A DNA stretch of 64,000 nt. Source: an uncultured Nitrososphaerota archaeon (GTDB lineage: Archaea; Thermoproteota; Nitrososphaeria; Nitrososphaerales; CADDZS01). The notes below the pieces were generated by a model. The model ran no database searches. It had not been told where the DNA came from and saw only the letters and a program-made list of their open reading frames with translations. The stretch is taken from the NCBI GenBank assembly GCA_963799845.1, contig CAWCYI010000004.1, forward strand, positions 864,001 to 928,000, read 5' to 3'. Below, one piece after another: positions 10,234 through 21,409 of the stretch; position 1 is the first letter of the stretch; every line of letters starts with the position of its first letter. A program made the translations under genes and the position numbers.

Positions 10234-10812
10234 GAGTTCCTTAGCAACCTTCTCGCGCTGGAAAAGATCAACAGACCTTTCTGTGGAACTCTATTTGATT
10301 GCAGACTACACTTAGAATTAGAGCGATCTGAAATTCTGATCCAACCCACCGATTTACAATCAAAGCACCCAAAAATATTCTGACATCGATCCGGTAATCT
10401 CCAAGACGATCGTCCTAGCAAAATGATATTCTCCAAACCACAACGGGTAAGAGGCCCTCGTGTGTTCTTTTATCCGTTATAAATTCCGGATCTAGATTGA
10501 TCGATCCATTCTGACTCGACTGACTAACGCCGAAAACTCGAATCTGTCTAGATCAAGACTACTAGATTCCCGTATCTGTAGCCTGAATTCCACCTTCGTT
10601 ATTATATGCCAGAGCGTATGGAATCACTGTGAAAGGGCACCGTCAGATTCCTTCGGAAAAAATTTTGATGCGTGACAGTTCTGCAAATTTTTTGAATCAT
10701 TTACTTGATTCTCAGCAGATATATATTAGGGCAGACTGGATAATTTCAAATTGTTAATCTGAATTATGAACCCCTTGGATATCCCAATCGCATCGCCAAT
10801 CAAACACTTGGT

Positions 10813-12009
10813 GTGAATAGTTTGAATCTATCTAGGTATGTCCCGCTCTTTCTTTCAATTGCGTTGGTTTTATCCATGGTGTCTTATTCCGAGATGAATC
10901 TACCGGTATCATCGGCAGGTCAGACAAACATCACCCTGACAATCGGTTATCCGAATTCGATGGACGAGAGTGAAGTAACCGATCAGTATGCTTTCCAGCT
11001 CTTAGCGGCCGAAGGCATACACGTGATTCCTACATACTATGACAATCCCTCGCTCGATTACAAGGGCTTGATCGCTGGACAACAGGAGATTTCTTACGAC
11101 GAGAGCGAAGGGTCACTACTTTCAGGACAGGCTACTACATGCGTTGGTGGCTACATGCTCGCCGGAACCTATCTAGCTGTTGCCGGAGATGGCATAACGA
11201 GCCCATCGCAATTATTGGGAAAGACGGCCGAGGACTTTGGTGCGGGCACTATCGAGAGATACCTAGACTATTACTGGTTTGATCAGGCGGGTGTTCCAAC
11301 GAACACCATCGGACCGAATCCCAATTCTGTTTTCTTGAAAACTGGCGGGGAAAATGTCGAGACCGTTCACGATCTCGAAACTGGCGCGGCGCAGATGATA
11401 GTTGTTGACGATTTTATTCTATCCGACCTGCAAAATCCCAGCATCAACAATTCTGCCCATGACGGCCCGTTCCACGTTATTTTTTACGCCCCACACAACT
11501 ACTACGATACTTGCTTCGCTGCCAGAGATGATTGGCTTTCCAGCGCATCCAATCAGGCAGTATTAGTAAAGTTTCTAGCTGCATTGTACCAAGCACAGCG
11601 TTACTTCATCTCAAACCACGACAGTTATCTTACGTTTGCGGAGCAGCAGCTTCCGGAGACCCCAATTTCTGAAATTCAATTTGCTTCAACTTACTATCCC
11701 GCCCACTATGCGTACTGGCCTTACGGCATCTACAACCTTCAGGGTGATCAGAACATTAGTGTAAAGTACAACGGAACTAACCAATTCTTCATTACTGCGG
11801 GGGTCCTGAAGTCTCCTGTCGCCAATGATTCTGTAAAGCCATTCGGAGTTTACAACAAGTACTTTGAGCTTCAAGCCCTCCAGATGCTGGGCCCGTATTC
11901 GTATCCGAACGAAAGCTGGGTTGGGACAACACCATCGTTCGAGTCCAACCTTCAGTCTTGGGTGCCCTCTTGGATGATGAACAGTCCGAGCGCTACGAGT
12001 TCTGGATGA
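10813..12009 (+). CDS. ABC transporter substrate-binding protein (NitT/TauT-like, probable partner of the divergent ABC operon)
   Basis: N-terminal signal/TM; ITSPSQLLGKT motif and VLVKFLAALYQAQRYF helix typical of NMT1/TauA-like binding proteins. Confidence 0.75.
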   Translation: MNSLNLSRYVPLFLSIALVLSMVSYSEMNLPVSSAGQTNITLTIGYPNSMDESEVTDQYAFQLLAAEGIHVIPTYYDNPSLDYKGLIAGQQEISYDESEGSLLSGQATTCVGGYMLAGTYLAVAGDGITSPSQLLGKTAEDFGAGTIERYLDYYWFDQAGVPTNTIGPNPNSVFLKTGGENVETVHDLETGAAQMIVVDDFILSDLQNPSINNSAHDGPFHVIFYAPHNYYDTCFAARDDWLSSASNQAVLVKFLAALYQAQRYFISNHDSYLTFAEQQLPETPISEIQFASTYYPAHYAYWPYGIYNLQGDQNISVKYNGTNQFFITAGVLKSPVANDSVKPFGVYNKYFELQALQMLGPYSYPNESWVGTTPSFESNLQSWVPSWMMNSPSATSSG

Positions 12010-12021
12010 GGCTAAAATACC

Positions 12022-12664
12022 ATGGTATCGACAAGTATATTCATCGGACTCGGGCTACTTGCGCTGGGCGCTGCGATCGGATTTTTTGGAGCCGCGACGC
12101 CAATCGCTTCGGCATCACAACAAACGATTCCCCTGATCAACACCGTCATCGTCGTTGCCCCCAACGACTACTCGACACAGAGTCTACAATTGGCCAAAGG
12201 TGAAACGGTGCAGCTCTCGTTGAGCATAGAAAATCAGACAATATTCACATTTGACATCATGAATCAAAGCCAATTCTACATCTACAATAACTGCGCGCCT
12301 AAATGCGTGCAACCCTTCTTGGGAGGAACTGGTTCTTATTATCAACAGGCTGGTGAAGCTGAGCCGTCCCAAGTAAATGTCTCAATTTCCCCTTTGTCAC
12401 CCTATTCCAAGCAATTCACCGCCCCCGCGAACGGAACTTACTATTTTGTATTCGACAACTCGATCGGACCTCAGCTGGAGTAGTTACTCTGATCAAAACG
12501 CAAGCGGAGCCACGGTCGGTCAGTTTTCGTTATCCTCAATCCGAGCTGTTACTACTAGTTCGGTGAACTGGGCCATGGTCGGTCTTGGAGCTGTAGTCAC
12601 TATCTCGGGAGGTGGAGCAGCAAGTGCATCATGGGGAACGAGACCCAAAATGAAAGCGGCATAA
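12022..12664 (+). CDS. Membrane protein with extracellular beta-sandwich (GOLD-like), split by a +1 frameshift at about 12472
   Basis: N-terminal TM and FTAPANGTYYFVFDN; ORF 12377..12664 supplies the C-terminal TM; removing one base gives GPSWSSY. Confidence 0.6.
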
Positions 12665-12728
12665 TTTCTTAATTGAGAATTGAGCCATGAGCTTCTTTGG
12701 AAAATGACTCGCGAAGCTTGCCAAGGAG

Positions 12729-14308
12729 ATGCGTGTAGTGGAGCTTCTACGAATTACCACTCGGAAACAAATCAGAAAATATCTCTGTTTGACAATTATA
12801 GCTGCGATATTTGCTCCTGCTTTCAGCACAGCCTTGACATCAAGCCGAGTTAGTGTCCCTTCTCCTTTTGTGAAGTATACACTTTTTCTGTCCAATGATT
12901 CGCTGATTATAGGAAATCCAGCCACGAGCGTCGGCTCCCAGCATTCTGCATATATCGAGAAACTCGAGCAAGGAGCGACTGCCGACGGTACCGTTTCTAC
13001 CTCAGTAAACGTGGGCGCTGTTCCAAACGGAATAGCTTTCGACCCTACCAACGGCAATTTGTACGTCGCAAACTTTTCTCCGGGAACCGTTTCTGTCATC
13101 AATGGAAGCACGAATTCCATTGTGGAGACTGTTAACCTAAACTATCCGGTCTCTCCGTGGGATGTCGGATTCGATCCCTACAACGGGAACATTTACGTCG
13201 GCGACACGAGGAGTGGATCTGTCTCCGTGATAAGTGGAGACAACAACTCCGTACTGGCGAACGTGGCCGTAGGAGATGATATGTTGAGCGGTGATCACGA
13301 CGATCGTCCTAATGGAGTTGTATTCGATCCGTACAATGACTTCATGTACGTGGCTATGTACGGCAGTGGATTCTTGGCAGAGATTAACAGCGATACAAAC
13401 GCTTTGGTGGCTAATGCGCCAGCCAACTACAGTCCTTACGTAAATAGAGGTGCCTGGGGCCTTGCTTACGATCTTTTAAACTGCAATCTGTACTCCACGA
13501 ATGAACTTGCAGACACCTTGATTGTCGTAAGTGGTGTCACCAATGCCTTCGTGACTTCAATTAATGTCGGACACAGCCCGAACGGTGTAGTTGTTGATGA
13601 CTTTCCGGGGCCCAGTCATGGAAACGTGTTTGTCACAAATTATGCGGCAAACACTGTATCGGTTATCAACGGATCATCAGATCTAGTGATCAATACCATT
13701 AATGTCGGGCAAAATCCCGACGGAATTGCCCTTGATCCGAGAACTGGAGAGTTGTATGTCTCAAATTTTGGTGATGGCACAGTGTCTGTTATTGACGGTG
13801 TCACAGACTCGGTCGTCGACACCATCAAAGTAGGATCAGGGGCCAGCGGAATAGCTTACGACGCCTGGAACGGTAATATGTATGTGACGAACTCTAATGT
13901 CGGAACGGTCTCTGTAATCTCGACGGGTCAAGACTCGTACTCTACCTCGACGGCCTCCGCTAGTCTGACGAATAACTCGACGTGTGGTGCCGCAATCGAA
14001 ACATCGAATGCAACGGGTACCTCGCTCAGGTACCTGGTCTCACAACTTCGGCGACGACATCTGTTTCCATCCCAACCATAACGTCAACGACAAGCCCGGA
14101 TACTTCAACGTCATACGAATCAACGTCTGTGATTTCAGACACGACAACTTATTCGCTGACAACGACAAATGTTACCAGCTCGACCCTGACGAGTGGCTCT
14201 GGAGGCCCCGGGCAAGAACTCTTTCCGCTCGCGATTGCTACAGCGATAGGAGTAGGTACTCTGGCATCTGTATTAGTCCTCAAAAGACGGTCGAAAGCTA
14301 ATAATTAG
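12729..14308 (+). CDS. YVTN/YncE beta-propeller surface protein, frameshift at about 14023
   Basis: About seven repeats of P.GIA.DP.NG.LYV.N..GTVSVI; the Ser/Thr stalk, C-terminal TM and KRR lie in ORF 13982..14308. Confidence 0.88.
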
Positions 14309-14349
14309 GAAAAAGTTCCTGTACTTTAGTAGGATCTAACGCCAGATAT

Positions 14350-15674
14350 TTAGCTCAAAGATCGCCTTCTCATTACAAAGAAGGCAGAACTCGCCGACAC
14401 GATCCCTACCAGGACGACGGCGACAAGAACCAGCTGATCCGTAGAATTCGAGGAAGTATTGGAGTTCGTAATAGACGAAGAACCGTTGACAAAAGTCTCG
14501 GAGCTGGCTATCTGCGACTCACTAGTAGTAACCATTGTTGTTGAATTTGTAGCGCTTGTAGTCAGGGTCTGACTTGAAAATAAACTAAAAGAAGAATCTG
14601 CGGTCGTTGTGCTGGATGAAGCCGAGGTAATAATTGTAGGCGAAGTAAGGGCCATGGAATCCATCGAAATTACCGTCACAGTACCATCTCCGAAGTTTGT
14701 GACATATAGATCTTGATTCAAAGGATCTATAGCCAAGATGTTCGGTTCTGTACCCGCTTGCGCATAACCGAGAACCGAGTCGTTACTCCCATCGATGACG
14801 CAAATAGTTCCCGATCCGTAATCTGTAACATAAAAGTTTCCGTTTTCTGAATTGTAAGCAATCGATTTCGGATTTCCGCTCACGCTGATATTTCGAATAA
14901 CGCTGTTTGTCGTCCAATTGATCACGGAGACGGTATTTCCCTCGTAATCTGTGACAAAGATATTTCCAAAGTTCGGACCTGGAGATGTATCAATCGCAGC
15001 ATAATTTGGGCTCTCCCCGACTGGTATTGTCGTGACCAACCCATTTGAAGTTCCGTTTACGACTGAGACGGAATCTGATTCTATATTCATGACATATACT
15101 CCCTGATTCGCGGGATCGTAAACAACTCCCCAGGGCAGCAGAGTAGACCCCAAACTTGCAACAGCGGTAATTGAATTTGAGACACTGTCAATGGCAAAGA
15201 CTGAATCAGGTGCAGATTCAACAACATACATTTCATGGTTGAAAGAATTGTAGGCAATTCCGTTTGGATGGTCTTCCCGAGCCCCTACTTTCGCAGTAGC
15301 AATGAGGGAATTATTTGATCCGTCAATGATCGAAACCGTGCCATTGTAAGTATTTGTGATGTATACGTGGCCATTGGCCGGATTGAAAGCAACTTCCCAA
15401 GGAGATCTGGGCCGAGCTTCACCGTTGCTATTACTGAATTGGTCGTCCCGTTGATGACTGAGACAGTACCGGTTTCGAAATTTGCGACGTACAAGTTACC
15501 GTTAAGGGGGTCGAACGCTATTCCGTTTGGCGCATTGCCAACGCGGATGGTGATCGGCGAAGTTTCAGCCGAGGCTAACAAGTGGGTGTAACCACCGTTT
15601 GACACCACTAAAAGGGAAAAAAGAACAGATACGACAAGTTGGAAATGTTTCGGGCTTGTTCCCCTATTTTTCAT
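14350..15674 (-). CDS. YVTN/YncE beta-propeller surface protein, frameshift at about 15405
   Basis: Signal peptide and first repeat in ORF 15285..15674; after the shift the frame reads SPWEVAFNPANGHVYITN... continuously into ORF 14350..15231; C-terminal TM and RRR. Confidence 0.88.
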
Positions 15675-15716
15675 TAGGAATTTTCAATCCCATCATTCAT
15701 TTCGAAAATTCCCATT

Positions 15717-16160
15717 TTACGCTGTTGGAGCAGGACTCGACGCTTCTGCAGTTGCAGCGTACGCGGTCCTGACATGCGGGCGTTTCAATAGCGCGGGTGA
15801 CGGATATGGCACATCAACCGTGCCTGCCAGCATGAATATCACGGAATAAACGGTCTGGTAAATCCTTGTAAACACGAACGGAACGTTAGTCTGCGGATCA
15901 GCCGAAAGAAGTTTCTCGATCTCGGCCTCTTCCCCGGAAATCCTGGCAGTGCCCTCAACAATGAACTTGGCGATGGCCGGTTCAGTGTCCATGGTCATCT
16001 TAAAATTCAAAACTACGCCGTCGCTCGACCTGTCTGCCTCTTCCAGATTAGCCCCGAAATCGAATATAACCGGAGTGTTGTGATCAGCCTTATCGTCCAT
16101 CTTTTGGACATTGACATTTCTGATCGTGGTTATGACTTCCGATACGGATTTGTCTGGCAT
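15717..16160 (-). CDS. Hypothetical protein, possible SecB-like fold
   Basis: Four predicted beta-strands (IRNVNVQK, FDFGANLEE, VVLNFKMTM, KFIVEGTARI), then a helix and a PYPSP motif, matching the SecB layout. Confidence 0.5.
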   Translation of the reverse strand: MPDKSVSEVITTIRNVNVQKMDDKADHNTPVIFDFGANLEEADRSSDGVVLNFKMTMDTEPAIAKFIVEGTARISGEEAEIEKLLSADPQTNVPFVFTRIYQTVYSVIFMLAGTVDVPYPSPALLKRPHVRTAYAATAEASSPAPTA

Positions 16161-16230
16161 TATTGATCACGAATAGCGGGGTTGTCCAAATTTTTTTGAC
16201 AAAGTGGACAGCGCTCGTTGTCCCCTCCAT

Positions 16231-16247
16231 CCACTAGAGACTAGTGG
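16231..16247. promoter_or_regulatory. Palindrome CCACTAG-AGA-CTAGTGG between divergent genes; candidate operator
   Basis: Perfect 7-bp arms in the divergent intergenic region 16161-16384. Confidence 0.3.
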
Positions 16248-16384
16248 CATAAGATTTCCATTGTATTTGAGTCTTTTTTCCAAAATAAAGACTTGTGGAT
16301 TTAGAATCCTAATGATCAGTCCATAATTACTAAAGTATCAGGAAGTCAATTATATCTCTCGTCTTTATTTTCTGAGTGTAGATA

Positions 16385-17566
16385 ATGTCTGGATTAGCAG
16401 AAAGTGCTCCGCCTGAAAAACCGAAGGAGCGCAAGACTCACACCGCGGAAGCTACCGGTGTCAGACTGAATATTACAATTTCCAAAAAGAAGCAGTCCGA
16501 AAGGCCCGAGCTGGTCGAAAAGTACGATGTCGAAAATTACGATCTGATTCAGGGGCAGACGTTCGACGACAAGCTACGCGCCCTAATTCCTAGAGGCACT
16601 CCCGAATACTTGGATCACGGAGAGAAATACGTCGAGAGGATAACGAGAGCACTGTATCACTTCAAGCAGTGCGCCCTGATTGGTCCCTCCGGTACCGGAA
16701 AAACTCACATCGTCTACCTCGTTGCCGAGCTCTCGGGTCTACCAATTTGGGAAATCAACTGTGGTCTACAGACCTCAGCTTACGACTTGTTCGGAAGATA
16801 CGTGGGTCTTGGCAGGGAGAACTGGATTGATGGTCAGATTGTGTCGTGGTGTCGATATGGAGGGATCCTTTACCTGGACGAGGCTAACATGATGAAGCAA
16901 GACGTTGCAACCAGGCTGAACCCGGTCCTCGATACCAGAGGTCATCTAGTACTTACCGAAAAAGACAACGAGATCATACCGAGGCACCCCACCGGATACG
17001 TGATAATCAGCATGAACCCGTATTCGGCTGAATTTGCCGGTACCAAACCACTCAATGCAGCCTTCAGGCGCCGAATGTCTGTTTGGATCGATTTCGATTA
17101 CCTGAGCGTTGGAACTAAGATTGCACCAGATGAAATAGGGTTGGTCGAGAAAAAAGCCAAAGTTTCAAAGGAAACCGCAACAGGCATAATCCGAGTTGGT
17201 GCAGAATTGAGAAGGCAATACAAGGCAAATGAGCTACCGTACGGTCCGTCAGTCGGAGACCTCGTAAACTGGGCGCTGCTGGTCGCTGACGGCGTTGCTC
17301 CCGAAGTTGCGGCAGAAGAAACTGTGATCGCGATGACCTCTGACAATGCGGAAGTTCAGGATACTGTCAGGCGAGTCGTCCGAATGATATTCACCGGTGC
17401 AGCGTCAAAGGGAGAACAAGAGAACGAAAAATCTGTACCAGCTCCAGAACCGAAGGAGACGTACGAAGAACCCATTGCTCCGAAAGTTGTCGAGAGGCCA
17501 AGATACACCGCGCCAGTTTCGGACGGCGGAGATTCCGATTTCAGTTTTGGCGGTAGTGACCTGTAG
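16385..17566 (+). CDS. MoxR-type AAA+ ATPase, CbbQ/NirQ/NorQ/GvpN family
   Basis: GPSGTGKT, LYLDEANM, SMNP..GTKPLNAAFRRR; C-terminal CbbQ-like lid. Confidence 0.92.
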   Translation: MSGLAESAPPEKPKERKTHTAEATGVRLNITISKKKQSERPELVEKYDVENYDLIQGQTFDDKLRALIPRGTPEYLDHGEKYVERITRALYHFKQCALIGPSGTGKTHIVYLVAELSGLPIWEINCGLQTSAYDLFGRYVGLGRENWIDGQIVSWCRYGGILYLDEANMMKQDVATRLNPVLDTRGHLVLTEKDNEIIPRHPTGYVIISMNPYSAEFAGTKPLNAAFRRRMSVWIDFDYLSVGTKIAPDEIGLVEKKAKVSKETATGIIRVGAELRRQYKANELPYGPSVGDLVNWALLVADGVAPEVAAEETVIAMTSDNAEVQDTVRRVVRMIFTGAASKGEQENEKSVPAPEPKETYEEPIAPKVVERPRYTAPVSDGGDSDFSFGGSDL

Positions 17567-17591
17567 CGCCCTAAAGTGAACGTCTGAAAAA

Positions 17592-19340
17592 TTGAACCCT
17601 ACCGACTTTGCGTGGAGCTCGCTTCAATCGATCACCCAGCTCCAGCCCAAAGACGTCAAGCTTCTCGTTGATGAAATCGAGTACCCGACTCTTGGCACCG
17701 ACTCTGTTGGTTACGTCCTCCACCTCAGCATGCCCAAAAAACCAAGAGACAACCTTTACTCACTTCACGGGATGTATTTTGACAACGACGCTCATGGCAA
17801 GTCTTCGATGTGGAGGATGTTTCGCGCATCAGTATACCACTTGAGTCTACACGCCAACACGACAGACTACCGCGTCTATCGCAGCCTCCAAAATTATACT
17901 CCGTCGGTTAACAACTTGATGTTTGTCATCTCAACCGTCGAGGACTATGCAATCCGCGGCCACATGCGTTCAAAATGGCCGGGACTCTTGCTTGACTGCG
18001 CGTACGCGAGCCACATGACCGCGCTTCGATTCAAAAATATGAACGAGGTTGGAGATCCATCCACTCGTCTAGCGGCGAATTTTCTTTCATACTCGTTGAC
18101 CGGGAAACCGATAGTCTCTCTGGGGCAGAGCTTGACCAGCAAGTTTCTCAATTGCATGAATCCCTCATTGATCTTGAAGTTTCCGTACAGAAATATTATT
18201 CGACGCTTGGAAAAAATCCCTCGAATGAACCAACCTCGCCGGTGGGAATCGATTCTAAGAAGATCAACACTGCGAAGAAGATACTCGACTTTTTCGCGGG
18301 ACAGTCTTGCTTCATGGCACAAATTCCATCGCCACCGTTTGCAGATAATCATGGCCCAAACGATCTCTTCGAACCCTCTCCAGCGACTGGAGAAGCGGTA
18401 AACTTTGAGTCAATTCTCAAAGACGCGGCTTCAGAGTTTTCATTGGAATTATCGCCAGCCTCACTGGCAGACTCTGACAAGCAACTTGGTATAGAGAGTC
18501 AGACTGTTCTAGGAGACTGGGAGTATTCCCTGACCGTGATGAAACGACTCTCGGAGATCTACCGTACCATCGATCCAAAAACCCACTTTGAGAATTTTCT
18601 GTTTCCGAAGGAAGATTACGCGGAATACGTTAGAACTAGGACAAAGTCTGATTGGACCAATCCGTCTAGTTCTAGATCAGCTTAGAAATGTAAAATCCGC
18701 GCTCGATGACAACGTAGCCAGATCTGGAAACCTGGAAATGTCGAAGGCAATCCAAGTGATCGCGACGAGATCAAACGACACCGATGTCTTTCAGAGAGAG
18801 GAGAACGAGACAAAAAGCGAAGCCTGGGCGATCTTGATCGATTCCAGCAAAAGCCTCGAAACCTTTGCGCGGGACGTCCAGGAGATCGTGGTATGTCTTG
18901 CCGAGGTCGCAAAAGACCTCATACCCAACCACAATTCGTGGGCATGTTACTCGTTTAATGAAAACCTCTACATTGTGAAAGACTTTTCCGAGATTTACGG
19001 GATGAGGACAAAATCGCGCATCGGAGGGCTAGATTCTGGTCTCAAAACCTATCTGCCGGACGCGCTGCGGCTGGCCGCGAACCGCATAAAGAACGCGACC
19101 GAGGAAATCAAGGTACTTTTGGTAGCTTCTGACGGCTTCCCGCTAGGCTATGAGGGAATAGATGAGGAACTTGTCGAGACGATCGAGCAGATAAACAAGG
19201 CAGGCATCCAGCTAATAGGGATGGGCGTGGGCAGCTCATCGATAAAGAAGTACTTCAGATCAAACTGCCTGATATCGAGCCCGTTCGATCTCATGAAGCA
19301 GTTCGTAAAGATCTACATTGAACTTTCGACTGCCTTCTAG
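17592..19340 (+). CDS. NorD/CbbO-like von Willebrand factor A protein, two frameshifts (about 18125 and 18647)
   Basis: Three overlapping ORFs join; C-terminal MIDAS ILIDSSKS, T(YLPDAL), VASDGFP. Confidence 0.85.
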
Positions 19341-19367
19341 CGTCGAAAACACTCTGTGAAAAGACTC

Positions 19368-19964
19368 TTATTTCAAAACTGCGATTCTGAACGATTCCTG
19401 GTACCAGAATTTTTTCTCGTCCTGCGCCTTTGGTTCACTGGTAGGCAGGACGTATTTCGGCAAACCATCCTTGAAGACGATCCTCAACCTCTGGTCAGCC
19501 CTAAAACCCTGCGAGGGCAGATCGGAAAGGAGTTTCGTGGCGGCTTCAAGTGCGGGAAGTTTCGATTTTAGTGCTTCTGTAATTTTGAAAAGTATCGAGA
19601 TCTCGTTTGCAGCTATCTGGGTTTCAGAGCCTGTCGCTAACTTCAGTGTGTGATCCTCAGATTCGAGTGCTATCCAGCCCTTCTCCTCGCCTGGATCGCG
19701 TTTTTTGTCGTCTTTCTTTTTCTTGTCATTGCTTTTTGGATCAATGAAGCCGTCGCTCATTCCGGGCATTGGGATCTGGCTCCCGACGGACTTTAATCGC
19801 GGATCGTTTGACTCCCTCGCCTGCCGAAGCAAAGTGCCGAGGCGGTCCTCGTATCGCTTAATCATCTTCGAATGAATGTCGATTGACTGGTCCAGAACTG
19901 CGAGAACTTCCTTCAGGTTTTCAAACGACATGATAGAGTTCGCGAGTGTCAGTTCGTCTCGCAT
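19368..19964 (-). CDS. Hypothetical protein with helical/coiled-coil segments
   Basis: 198-aa ORF with amphipathic helices and a KDGLPKYVL C-terminal strand. Confidence 0.7.
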   Translation of the reverse strand: MRDELTLANSIMSFENLKEVLAVLDQSIDIHSKMIKRYEDRLGTLLRQARESNDPRLKSVGSQIPMPGMSDGFIDPKSNDKKKKDDKKRDPGEEKGWIALESEDHTLKLATGSETQIAANEISILFKITEALKSKLPALEAATKLLSDLPSQGFRADQRLRIVFKDGLPKYVLPTSEPKAQDEKKFWYQESFRIAVLK

Positions 19965-20045
19965 GCTGCTAAGATACCCCGGGATTGCCGTACTCTGGCA
20001 TTATATATCTCTGCCCGGGGAAAAATGAGGTAATTCACGAAGGAA

Positions 20046-20669
20046 TTACTGTTTATCGAGGACCGACTTCATCGCATCCTGGGTTGCACCGGAGGATGAT
20101 TTATCGCTCGAACCCTGGTCAGAGGTATTGATCTTGCCACCTGGGTTGGTCTTGGTGGGGACCAGCGCGGGTACCTTTCTGAGCTCCTTCGCAACCCTCT
20201 CAAGCGTCATTACACGGCCGCTCATCTTCTGCCGCTTCTCATTCAACATGACCTTGATTTCGGGTATCACCTCAAGCAATATCCTGATCAACACATCACT
20301 CTGGAATGACTCTAGGGGTCTCGAGATCATTGAACCCGCATTGTTGAAAACGCAAATCATTCCCTGTGGAGTCAGTACCACATCCGAGATGGATGAATCA
20401 GTCTTTGAGATAGACTCGGGTTTGATGTGATATGAGAGATTGAGTGGCATTATGATCGCCTTCAGCTGGTTTGAGACCTCGGCGCCGTATGTGCGCTCCA
20501 TCTCAATTAGTTCAAAGATCTGTTGAGTCTCTTCCTGCAAAGATTTTATCGCAAAATTAATATCAGATTCGCTACGAGCACTCTGCGCAGGTTGATTCTT
20601 GTGAGAGACTGCCTGCTGTGGCTGAGATTGCGTCTCAACTGCTGTGGTTTCCGTTTTTGTCTCTGCCAA
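20046..20669 (-). CDS. Hypothetical coiled-coil protein
   Basis: 207-aa ORF: coiled coil, small beta insert, coiled coil. Confidence 0.7.
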   Translation of the reverse strand: MAETKTETTAVETQSQPQQAVSHKNQPAQSARSESDINFAIKSLQEETQQIFELIEMERTYGAEVSNQLKAIIMPLNLSYHIKPESISKTDSSISDVVLTPQGMICVFNNAGSMISRPLESFQSDVLIRILLEVIPEIKVMLNEKRQKMSGRVMTLERVAKELRKVPALVPTKTNPGGKINTSDQGSSDKSSSGATQDAMKSVLDKQ

Positions 20670-20845
20670 ATGTATCGCTTGTACAGTTTATTGCAAGAAA
20701 GCCGATATTAGTCGTTATGAAGCCATAATCCATATTTCAGGTTGATCTCTTATAAGCGGCAGTCCCTTCTAGATCTACTCTCTAGTTACAGCATCTTGAT
20801 ATAACAAACTCTGTTATTCGAATACTCAGTAAAGGTCGAACTAAC

Positions 20846-21172
20846 ATGTCACAAGAATTTCTGAATACACAGCCACAACAGGCACCGAAGACTAACGCGA
20901 TCCAGGTCAGCAGAAGATCTCGCATGGAGACTTTTTGCGACATTTTGAAAGCAATCGGAGCGGGCGCTGAAAAGCCTACCCACATCATGTACAAGGCGAA
21001 TCTCTCGTGGACTGTAATGCAGTCATACATCAGATCGCTCGAAGCACAGGGACTTGTCATTCCGACTATGGAAGACGACAAGAAGACCTACCACTTATCC
21101 GACAAGGGCTTTCAGCTTCTGAATCAGTTCATCTCGATCAGGGAAGACCTCAACTTACAGAGCGAAGCCTGA
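20846..21172 (+). CDS. Winged helix-turn-helix transcriptional regulator (archaeal HTH_45 type)
   Basis: RRSRME..DIL..KPTHIMYKANLSW..Y.LSDKG signature. Confidence 0.9.
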   Translation: MSQEFLNTQPQQAPKTNAIQVSRRSRMETFCDILKAIGAGAEKPTHIMYKANLSWTVMQSYIRSLEAQGLVIPTMEDDKKTYHLSDKGFQLLNQFISIREDLNLQSEA

Positions 21173-21409
21173 TCGTCTCTTTTCTTTTTCACACTTCAAA
21201 ATCCTCCGCCGCTTTTTTGGCGAGCCCCGCCCTAACACTCTTTCATAATGTATTTCAGCTTCGTACCCGGAATCTGTACCGCGTTCTCATTTTTATTATA
21301 TACAAACCTCGACAACTTGAGAACTCGATTCTCAAGCTAAAACTTCAGGTGATCCAATTATCCCTAGGGGTATCGAATCCGTAGCAAGAGAAGCCACGAG
21401 ATCAAAAAA

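Noticed and set aside
16385-17566. Gas vesicle GvpN or RuBisCO activase CbbQ
   Set aside because: No gvpA/J or RuBisCO genes are in the window; only a family-level call is justified.
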